A DNA stretch of 32,000 nt from Acinetobacter wanghuae (GCF_009557235.1 NZ_CP045650.1:1140001-1172000); one strand, 5' to 3'; counted from the stretch's first letter, positions 10,080-17,663 are shown. The notes: generated from the sequence alone by a model not told the origin. A program made the numbers and translations.

Positions 10080-10273
10080 GATTTTGTGTATTCAGTTTTA
10101 AAAATGATTATCGTGATACTAATACTCTAAAATTCGATGTAAAAGTAGACTAATTGTGATAATTTGCATGATATAAACAAAATAACGTCATTGCAGGAAA
10201 GTGCATCATTCTGCATATTTTAACCACCATGTGTGATACATGGATCGAAGATAGGCACAGGGAAGGTCTAAAT

Positions 10274-11785
10274 ATGATATTTAAAGATTTCACGCGAAAT
10301 ATAAATCCGCACCAAGCCTATCGCATTAAGAAATTGAAGTTGCAGCTCGCCAAAGCGGACTCTTATGCAGAGTGGAAAAGCATTGCATTAAAGCTTGATG
10401 AAGAATCTGGTGCGCAAGAATGGAAGTTAGATAATTCATCCCCTTATTTTGATGCGCAAGTAATTGCACACCGGTTGGGGAAGTTAACCCGATATCGTAC
10501 GCAAAAACGTACCCGTGACCTAATGTATATTTTGCGTGAAGGCTTAAGTTACGATATTGCCAATATTTCTCATCCTTTATTGTTTTCCCAAGCTTACGTG
10601 GGAACAAAAAAAATCATTGAAGATTATGTGGATGAAGTGAGTCAAAGTTTGGCATTTATTGCCTCTGATGAATGTACCTGTTTAAGTTTGGATGAAAAGC
10701 TTGAATATTTTCAGCATTGCCAACGTGCTTATGGTCAACCTGCGCTCATGTTCTCAGGTGGTTCAACGTTAGGGCTGTTTCATACTGGTGTGTGTAAGGC
10801 GCTTATGGAACAAGACTTAATGCCGAAAGTGATGTCAGGTTCGAGTGCGGGTGCGATTATGACCGCTATGTTAGGTGTATCGCATCCATCTGAATATCAT
10901 CAAATTTTAAAAGGTCAGAACTTTTTTAGTGAAGCCTTTCATTTTCGTAAATTGAACGATCTAATCAAGGGCGGTGGCGGACTCGCTGATGTACGCTACT
11001 TGAAAAAATTCTTAGTGGAAAACTTAGGTGATGTCACTTTTGAAGAAGCCTTTAAAAAGTCGGGCTTACATATTAATGTTGCGATTGCCCCGTATGACGG
11101 TTCGCAAGACGCTCGGATTATGAATGCCTACACATCTCCCGATGTATTGGTATGGAGCGCTGTACTGGCTTCGTGTGCTGTGCCGATTTTATTCCCACCG
11201 ATTCAACTGACCAGTAAACGCCATGATGGCAAATATACGCCTTATATGTCATCGACACGTTGGGTAGATGGCAGTGTGCGTAGTGATTTCCCACAAGAGA
11301 AAATGGCACGCTTGTATAATATTAATTACACTATTGCCAGTCAGGTCAATCCGCATATTGTGCCGTTTATGCAGGATGATATTTCGCGTTTTAATAAAAA
11401 TATGTTGAGTTGGCCGCAGCGAATTGCACGTCGCCAAGCACAAGTGATTGCAAAAGGGGTCATGGACTTTACGCGTGAGCGCGTCGGGAATGTTGCGCCT
11501 GTACGTCGTTTGCTTGATCACGGTCATGGGGTGGTGGATCAGCGTTATTATGGTGATGTGAATATTGTGGGCAATCACAGTTTGCGCCACTATAGTTATA
11601 TGTTGCAAAATCCGAAACCGCATCTATTTAAAATTTTGCAAAAAGAGGGCGAGCGGGCAACATGGCCACGGATTTCCTTGTTGGAAACGCAAGAGCGTGT
11701 CGGTAAAACCATTCAACATTGTTTGGAACTGCTAAAATATCACCATGCACCCGATCAAAAGCCGCAAAAGTATATTGTCAGTTAA
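10274..11785 (+). CDS. patatin-like phospholipase/lipase with N-terminal DUF3336-like extension
   Basis: Oxyanion loop FSGGSTLGLFHTG, nucleophile elbow GSSAG (GxSxG) and dyad Asp in WVDGSV. ATG at 10274 preceded by GGAAGG. The track start at 10229 is an alternative. Confidence 0.8.
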   Translation: MIFKDFTRNINPHQAYRIKKLKLQLAKADSYAEWKSIALKLDEESGAQEWKLDNSSPYFDAQVIAHRLGKLTRYRTQKRTRDLMYILREGLSYDIANISHPLLFSQAYVGTKKIIEDYVDEVSQSLAFIASDECTCLSLDEKLEYFQHCQRAYGQPALMFSGGSTLGLFHTGVCKALMEQDLMPKVMSGSSAGAIMTAMLGVSHPSEYHQILKGQNFFSEAFHFRKLNDLIKGGGGLADVRYLKKFLVENLGDVTFEEAFKKSGLHINVAIAPYDGSQDARIMNAYTSPDVLVWSAVLASCAVPILFPPIQLTSKRHDGKYTPYMSSTRWVDGSVRSDFPQEKMARLYNINYTIASQVNPHIVPFMQDDISRFNKNMLSWPQRIARRQAQVIAKGVMDFTRERVGNVAPVRRLLDHGHGVVDQRYYGDVNIVGNHSLRHYSYMLQNPKPHLFKILQKEGERATWPRISLLETQERVGKTIQHCLELLKYHHAPDQKPQKYIVS

Positions 11786-12590
11786 ACTTGCAGATCTGCT
11801 CAATTCGCCCATACAGCTTCAGACCAAAGCCAAAAGTCTGAGTTTTGGGCGATATTTATTTGATATCAACATCAATGGGCAAAGATATTGGTTGAAAACG
11901 CAGACGCATGCAGCTGACTTGGATTCATTGCACGCGCAGCAAGGCTTTGAACGAGAGTTTAATTTTTATCTAGACCATGCATACGACCAATCGCTCGATT
12001 TTTTCGTGTCGCACCAGTTGATCCATGAAACTTTTCAAATCAACCAAACGTTGTTTCAACAAGCGATTTTATGCCGACATTATGCGGGCTATTTTGATCG
12101 ATCTCCTTTGACCTTATCAGCCCATCAAATCAAACAGCATTTACTTGGGGCGATTGAGCCATTCATTCAGCTTGAACAATCGGGGTATATCCACGCAGAT
12201 TTAAAGCAAGAGCACTTTTTAGATAATCAGGGTCGGGTAGGCGTGATTGATTTTGAACAAGTGCAATCGCTAATGAGTCCGATCCAGCAACCTATGAATG
12301 CCACCCCACGTTATATGGCACCAGAACTTTTTCATGGTCAATTGAAGTCTGTACAAAGTGATATTTACGCTCTAGGGATTATCTTTTTGGAATGGCTTAC
12401 GCAAAAACGTTTAATGGCGACCACTTATCAAGATTGGGCATATTTGCACTGTCAGTATTTACAGGTTGAGCTTTTAAGCGAATTCAGGTGCTTTGAAGGT
12501 GTTTTACAGCAGATGTTACGTAAACACAAAAGCCAACGTCTGCCAAGTTTTAGTGCCGTTAAAAGCCTGCTAATGACTGAAATTGAATGA
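11745..12590 (+). CDS. atypical Hanks-type Ser/Thr protein kinase-like protein
   Basis: Catalytic loop HADLKQEH (nt 12192-12215), DFE in place of DFG (12249-12257), activation segment TPRYMAPE, and SDIYALGII. The ATG at 11745 overlaps the patatin gene by 41 nt; an in-frame TTG at 11775 would overlap by 11 nt. Confidence 0.65.
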   Translation: MHPIKSRKSILSVKLADLLNSPIQLQTKAKSLSFGRYLFDININGQRYWLKTQTHAADLDSLHAQQGFEREFNFYLDHAYDQSLDFFVSHQLIHETFQINQTLFQQAILCRHYAGYFDRSPLTLSAHQIKQHLLGAIEPFIQLEQSGYIHADLKQEHFLDNQGRVGVIDFEQVQSLMSPIQQPMNATPRYMAPELFHGQLKSVQSDIYALGIIFLEWLTQKRLMATTYQDWAYLHCQYLQVELLSEFRCFEGVLQQMLRKHKSQRLPSFSAVKSLLMTEIE

Positions 12591-12657
12591 GAAAAATACA
12601 AAAAAACCGGCTTTGTTCCTTATTTAATCAATTGGGTGGCTTTTTCTTAAAAATCAC

Positions 12658-12686
12658 TTGTCAGGTGAAAATGATCTCTATAGTAT
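12658..12686 (+). promoter_or_regulatory. sigma70-type promoter of tRNA operon copy A
   Basis: TTGTCA (12658-12663), 17 nt, TAGTAT (12681-12686), about 11 nt before the first tRNA. The same TTGTCA...gatctctata(a/g)tatacacagccat block precedes copy B. Confidence 0.5.
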
Positions 12687-12697
12687 ACACAGCCATT

Positions 12698-12782
12698 GGG
12701 GACGTGGCGAAATTGGTAGACGCACTGGATTTAGGTTCCAGCGCCGCGAGGTGTGAGAGTTCGAGTCTCTCCGTCCCCACCA
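12698..12782 (+). tRNA. tRNA-Leu (anticodon UAG)
   Basis: Hand-folded cloverleaf: acceptor GGGGACG/CGTCCCC, anticodon stem CTGGA/TCCAG with loop TTTAGGT, 13-nt variable arm, T-arm GAGAG-TTCGAGT-CTCTC, encoded CCA. 85 nt. Confidence 0.9.
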
Positions 12783-12815
12783 ATAAATACTTTTATTAAG
12801 TGTTTAAAGGTCAGT

Positions 12816-12889
12816 AGAGGATTGGTGTAATGGTAGCATGACGGTCTCCAAAACCGTTCGTCAAGGTTCGAGTCCTTGATCCTCTGCCA
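12816..12889 (+). tRNA. tRNA-Trp (anticodon CCA)
   Basis: Acceptor AGAGGAT/ATCCTCT, anticodon stem ACGGT/ACCGT with loop CTCCAAA, T-arm CAAGG-TTCGAGT-CCTTG, discriminator G, encoded CCA. 74 nt. Confidence 0.9.
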
Positions 12890-12926
12890 AGTTTTAAAGA
12901 AGTCTAACTGAGGTTAGCACCCTGAT

Positions 12927-13011
12927 GGGGACGTGGCGAAATTGGTAGACGCACTGGATTTAGGTTCCAGCGCCGCGAGGTGTGAGAGTTCGAGTCTCTC
13001 CGTCCCCACCA
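12927..13011 (+). tRNA. tRNA-Leu (anticodon UAG), second copy in operon A
   Basis: Identical 85-nt sequence to 12698-12782. Confidence 0.9.
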
Positions 13012-13019
13012 TCATATTG

Positions 13020-13045
13020 AAGCAAGGCATTGACCTTGCTTTTTT
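13020..13045 (+). terminator. rho-independent terminator of tRNA operon A
   Basis: aagcaagg-cattga-ccttgctt followed by tttttt. Confidence 0.75.
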
Positions 13046-13141
13046 ATTGCCTGTAGGAAAGTAACGAGCATAGATAAAAATAAAAAATCGTTTTGCTAAA
13101 TATGAGCAACTGTTTTATAAAGTTAAATATATCAATAAAAT

Positions 13142-14186
13142 CTTAGATTCTCAAATGAAGTGCAACAGAGATTAAATTTTGGAAAGAAGCAAGATGAGCT
13201 AGCATTTTGCTTCCGACCGACCAAAGTCAAAGTTGCATCATGAACTATACTCATCTTACCCAAGAAGAAAGATATCAGATTTTTACATTGTTACGTGAAG
13301 GATTTTCTCAACGTTATATTGCTTGGAGACTGAATCGTTCACCTTCCACTATTTCTAGAGAAATCAATCGTAATCGAGCTAGAAATGGTTATTTCGCTAA
13401 GCATGCTAGTAAACTCGCTCGAAGACGCCATTGCTCTAATCCTAAAAGAATCCCTGATGAAATATGGGCAAATGTCATCTTTTATCTTGAACTTCAATGG
13501 AGTCCTGAACAGATTGCTTCCCGTGTTTCAGTCAGTCTGCATTCAATTTATCGCTTAATACGACAGGATAAAAATAAGGGCGGTACTCTCTTCATCATCT
13601 ACGTTTCAGAAATCAAAGAAAGAGGAATACGGCTCTCCTGAAACTCGTGGTCAGCTGGCTAATCGTAAAAGCATTCATGATAGACCGATTGAGATTGAAC
13701 AGCGTCATCGTTTCGGTGATCTAGAGATAGATACGATTGTGGGTAAGAATCATCAGCAATCATTGGTCTCGATTGTAGATCGTAAGACAGGTTATTTGTG
13801 GCTAAAGAAGTTTAGCTCACGTAAAGCAGAGGAAGTTTGCCAAACAACGATCAGTTTACTTGAGCCAATCAAAGATCAGCTCAAGACGATTACCGCAGAT
13901 AATGGTAAGGAGTTTAGTCTGCATGAATGTGTTGCTCAAGAATTAGAAATAGACTGGTATTTCGCAGATCCTTATAGCGCTTGGCAACGAGGTACGAATG
14001 AAAATACCAACGGCTTAGTCAGACAATACATTAGAAAGGGAAGTGACTTAAATCAGTATACAGATGAATATATCTCAGAAATAACAGACCGTATCAATCA
14101 TCGTCCAAGAAAAAGACTCGGCTTTAAAAGTCCGAGTCAGGTATTATGGCAACAACATGGTGTTGCACTTCAAATGCTAATCTAAG
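13142..14186 (+). mobile_element. IS30-family insertion sequence, copy 1 (1045 bp, transposase frame broken)
   Basis: Imperfect 25-bp terminal inverted repeats: cttagattctcaaatgaagtgcaac (13142-13166) and gttgcacttcaaatgctaatctaag (14162-14186), 21/25 complementary. Flanking 3-bp direct repeat AAT (13139-13141 / 14187-14189). The boundaries are fixed by comparison with copy 2. Confidence 0.85.
13240..14185 (+). pseudogene. IS30-family DDE transposase, frameshifted
   Basis: N-terminal HTH part MNYTHLTQEERYQIF...SPSTISREINRN runs in the frame ending at 13641. The catalytic part (GDLEIDTIVGKNH, ITADNGKEF, WQRGTNENTNGLVRQY) is in the +1 frame, open from 13559 to 14185. The two frames overlap at 13559-13641. 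Confidence 0.85.
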
Positions 14187-14197
14187 AATAAAAAAAC

Positions 14198-15007
14198 ATG
14201 ACGCAGCAGCACTATAAACAGCGACAACCAAAAATAAGAAAATCGACCTTTCTGTTGGTAGCACGTTTGACACCATTTTCGATTGCTGTATTGCTATACG
14301 GTTATAACAGTATGCATGACCCTGAAAAAGTCAAAGCACGTTTATATGCCTGTGGAAAATTTGGTGATCAGCACATGCTGATTGATAAGCAATATTTACA
14401 TTATGGAAGAGTGACTTATCAAGGTGTCAATTATTGGGGTAAAAATATAAAAGAAGAGCATAAAGCTAAAGGTTGTGATGATCAAATTTAAAGTATTGAC
14501 TTGAAGGTTAAGTGGCCTGAAACGACACCATCTAGAGAAGGCTTTAGATTAGATTCTGAGAATAAAAATGATATAACAATCGCATTAAACCAACGCTCAG
14601 TTTGGGAAGAGGAGTGGGGAAGTAAAAGTTCTTTTAATGATATATGGGCTTTAAATTGGAAATTAAAAAATAATTTGGATAGTGTTGAAGTCACTGAAAA
14701 ATGGCGGAATCTAACCAAAAAATGGGATTCAGAATTGGAACTTTTTGTCATCGATGTTGCAGGGGGGCAAAACTCTACAAGAAAAATTTATTGGCAAGAA
14801 GCTCAGGAAAACGAGATCAGTCTGGTAATTGATTGCACTTATTTTTGGGATGGAGTGTCAAGCTGTAACTTGGTAACACATGAACCCAATTATGGGTTTA
14901 ATACCAGTTATATCAAGATCAGTTTTCATAGTGAATTATTGCCGCATTGGCAAGAAGTGCTTCAGGATTCGAAAAAATTGATCGATTCATTTAATGTGAC
15001 CCATTGA
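14198..15007 (+). pseudogene. hypothetical membrane-anchored protein interrupted by one in-frame TAA (or two adjacent small genes)
   Basis: ORFs 14198-14491 and 14501-15007 share a reading frame. Only TAA (14489-14491) plus 3 sense codons separate them. The N-terminal part has one hydrophobic helix (FLLVARLTPFSIAVLLYGY). I recognise no family. Confidence 0.5.
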
Positions 15008-15159
15008 TGCACGCATTTTCAACGAGCTATGGGTGCAAAAATATGGATCAGTACAATTTAGATTGACTCAAAATTAAATAAGGTTTCAGCAAAAAAATAA
15101 AAAATACATTTAACTGATTAATTTATAGCAGAAAACAGCATGTATGCTTAGAAAATGGC

Positions 15160-15188
15160 TTGTCAACGCGGTTTGATCTCTATAATAT
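15160..15188 (+). promoter_or_regulatory. sigma70-type promoter of tRNA operon copy B
   Basis: TTGTCA (15160-15165), then TATAAT at 15181-15186 (15-nt spacer) or TAATAT at 15183-15188 (17-nt spacer), just upstream of the tRNA at 15200. Confidence 0.5.
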
Positions 15189-15199
15189 ACACAGCCATC

Positions 15200-15284
15200 G
15201 GGGACGTGGCGAAATTGGTAGACGCACTGGATTTAGGTTCCAGCGCCGCGAGGTGTGAGAGTTCGAGTCTCTCCGTCCCCACCA
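15200..15284 (+). tRNA. tRNA-Leu (anticodon UAG), operon B
   Basis: Identical to 12698-12782. Confidence 0.9.
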
Positions 15285-15317
15285 ATAAATACTTTTATTA
15301 AGTGTTTAAAGGTCAGT

Positions 15318-15391
15318 AGAGGATTGGTGTAATGGTAGCATGACGGTCTCCAAAACCGTTCGTCAAGGTTCGAGTCCTTGATCCTCTGCCA
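15318..15391 (+). tRNA. tRNA-Trp (anticodon CCA), operon B
   Basis: Identical to 12816-12889. Confidence 0.9.
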
Positions 15392-15428
15392 AGTTTTAAA
15401 GAAGTCTAACTGAGGTTAGCACCCTGAT

Positions 15429-15513
15429 GGGGACGTGGCGAAATTGGTAGACGCACTGGATTTAGGTTCCAGCGCCGCGAGGTGTGAGAGTTCGAGTCTC
15501 TCCGTCCCCACCA
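15429..15513 (+). tRNA. tRNA-Leu (anticodon UAG), operon B second copy
   Basis: Identical to 12927-13011. Confidence 0.9.
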
Positions 15514-15522
15514 TCGATATGA

Positions 15523-15548
15523 AAGCAAGGCTTATGTCTTGCTTTTTT
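15523..15548 (+). terminator. rho-independent terminator of tRNA operon B
   Basis: aagcaag-gcttatgt-cttgctt followed by a T-run. It is related to the operon A terminator but not identical. Confidence 0.7.
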
Positions 15549-15748
15549 ATTGCCTGAAATTTGACGAAGGCACTACGTATATCAACGCTGTATAGTGATT
15601 TTAAGCCTTGATTTTTATGCAAAAGACTTTTGTGTATAAATTGCTTCGGTTAGAAAGAATAGAAATAAAGAAATGTTCGCTTAACGTCAGAACGCCTGTT
15701 TGAATTGTTATATTAAATACACGTCATTTAAATAAAACATTCTATATA

Positions 15749-15789
15749 AAATGCATGCTGGGAATCTCAATTAGGCTCAGCATGCATTT
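15749..15789 (-). terminator. possible terminator hairpin downstream of the small ORF 15806-16009
   Basis: 12-bp perfect stem aaatgcatgctg / cagcatgcattt with a 17-nt loop, 17 nt beyond the stop. The trailing U-tract is weak (ttt tatat). Confidence 0.4.
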
Positions 15790-15805
15790 AAAATAAAGCT
15801 CACAA

Positions 15806-16009
15806 TTAAGCCTTTAGATGATCTTCGAACTCTTCCCCAAGCTGCATTGCCAATGCATTACCTGCCAAATCGACCGTGACTAAACCATATTCTTTTTTAA
15901 AGCTAAAGCTAAAGCCGCGATTATCCGTCAGGGTACGCACTGAATAGCCTAATTTTTCGAGCCACAAACGAAATGCGATCAAATTTTTTGCTTTCACAAC
16001 TTTTTTCAC
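15806..16009 (-). CDS. small hypothetical protein (67 aa)
   Basis: Isolated ORF with an ATG start, a hairpin downstream and a ~270-bp very A+T-rich leader upstream. I recognise no family. Confidence 0.45.
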   Translation of the reverse strand: MKKVVKAKNLIAFRLWLEKLGYSVRTLTDNRGFSFSFKKEYGLVTVDLAGNALAMQLGEEFEDHLKA

Positions 16010-16281
16010 GAGATTACTCCATTAATGCTGTTTCATTATAAATAGGGGTTTTTTATTTTTTTTTAAAGGGGAGGAATGCTAAAAAATGCAAATGAGAATT
16101 GAGTTTGCTTTATATATAATCAATAAAATGGTTAAATGTTATCTAAGATAATGATAAATAATATAAAAAATGATAAGTAACTAAATATTATATAAATGCT
16201 GAATTTATCATCAAAAATGATGCTTTGCTTGAAATGTATACAAGATGTGTCGCTTGGCACGAGATAGTTAATTTTTATAAA

Positions 16282-17311
16282 CTTAGATTCTCAAATGAAG
16301 TGCAACAGAGATTAAATTTTGGAAAGAAGCAAGATGAGCTAGCATTTTGCTTCCGACCGACCAAAGTCAAAGTTGCATCATGAACTATACTCATCTTACC
16401 CAAGAAGAAAGATATCAGATTTTTACATTGTTACGTGAAGGATTTTCTCAACGTTATATTGCTTGGAGACTGAATCGTTCACCTTCCACTATTTCTAGAG
16501 AAATCAATCGTAATCGAGCTAGAAATGGTTATTTCGCTAAGCATGCTAGTAAACTCGCTCGAAGACGCCATTGCTCTAATCCTAAAAGAATCCCTGATGA
16601 AATATGGGCAAATGTCATCTTTTATCTTGAACTTCAATGGAGTCCTGAACAGATTGCTTCCCGTGTTTCAGTCAGTCTGCATTCAATTTATCGCTTAATA
16701 CGACAGGATAAAAATAAGGGCGGTACTCTCTTTCATCATCTACGTTTCAGAAATCAAAGAAAGAGGAATACGGCTCTCCTGAACCGTGGTCAGCTGGCTA
16801 ATCGTAAAGCATTCATGATAGACCGATTGAGATTGAACAGCGTCATCGTTTCGGTGATCTAGAGATAGATACGATTGGGTAAGAATCATCAGCATCATTG
16901 GTCTCGATGTAGATCGTAAGACAGGTTATTTGTGGCTAAAGAAGTTTAGCTCAGTAAAGCAGAGGAAGTTTGCCAAACAACGATCAGTTTACTTGAGCAA
17001 TCAAAGATCAGCTCAAGACGATTACCGCAGATAATGGTAAGGAGTTTAGTCTGCATGAATGTGTTGCTCAAGAATTAAATAGACTGGTATTTCGCAGATC
17101 CTTTAGCGCTTGGCAACGAGTACGAATGAAATACCACGGCTTAGTCAGACAATACATTAGAAAGGAAGTGACTTAAATCAGTATACAGATGAATATATCT
17201 CAGAAATAACAGACCGTATCAATCATCGTCCAAGAAAAAGACTCGGCTTTAAAAGTCCGAGTCAGGTATTATGGCAACAACATGGTGTTGCACTTCAAAT
17301 GCTAATCTAAG
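16282..17311 (+). mobile_element. IS30-family insertion sequence, copy 2 (1030 bp, heavily frame-broken)
   Basis: Same terminal repeats as copy 1 (16282-16306 / 17287-17311). Flanking 3-bp direct repeat AAA (16279-16281 / 17312-17314). It is identical to copy 1 except for one extra T (16731-16733 ttt vs tt) and 16 deleted bases at 13 sites between 16783 and 17166. Confidence 0.85.
16380..17310 (+). pseudogene. IS30-family transposase remnant with multiple frameshifts
   Basis: Reads MNYTHLTQEERYQIF...GGTLFHHLRFRNQRKR. The catalytic domain is then scattered over all three frames by 1-2-nt deletions. Confidence 0.85.
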
Positions 17312-17398
17312 AAATAAAAAATAAGCGTATTAAAAGGGATTAAGTTATTGGGCTTATTTTATAATGCAGTGATTGAATGGGCACGAAATAGGTAAATT

Positions 17399-17662
17399 TT
17401 GAAAATTGAAGAGCACGTGCAATTGATAATTCAAAGCATGCAAGCGCAAGCGTTGCAACCCACAGCGGTGATGCTAGGACATGAAGATTGGTTGACGTTT
17501 AGTATTGAATCAAAAGTCGCTTATACACCCTTTGGTAGCGCACGTCGTTATCAACCTGCGCTGGGTGGATTGCTCTTGGTTCGTGTCGATGAAATGCATG
17601 CGGTTCGGGTGGTGACACAAGTAGAACTCGATACCTATGCCAAAAGCCATCAAATTTTATAA
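17399..17662 (+). CDS. hypothetical protein (87 aa)
   Basis: ORF with a TTG start at 17399 (AGG 6 nt upstream); an ATG at 17438 is an alternative. Its stop lies 1 nt from the convergent gloB stop. I recognise no family. Confidence 0.45.
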   Translation: MKIEEHVQLIIQSMQAQALQPTAVMLGHEDWLTFSIESKVAYTPFGSARRYQPALGGLLLVRVDEMHAVRVVTQVELDTYAKSHQIL

Positions 17663-17663
17663 A

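Noticed and set aside
12587-12799. 70-aa ORF in the track (and the matching minus-strand ORF at 15416-15622).
   Set aside because: Both run straight through tRNA genes and their promoter or terminator. The apparent coding capacity is a by-product of the tRNA sequence.
15806-16009. Possible HicA-like toxin: a helix, then a LEKLGY turn, then beta strands, recalling the HicA L.k.GW...GSHH layout.
   Set aside because: The conserved Gly-Ser-His catalytic segment is absent (it reads NRGFSFSF) and there is no adjacent HicB-like partner ORF. The resemblance is too loose to call.
13142-17311. The IS30 pair plus cargo as a composite transposon that inserted here as one unit.
   Set aside because: The outer flanks differ (AAT on the left of copy 1, AAA on the right of copy 2), while each copy has its own matching 3-bp flanks. 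Independent insertions are therefore more parsimonious. It is kept as an open structural observation in the findings, not called as a transposon. The 3-bp matches are themselves weak evidence in A+T-rich DNA.
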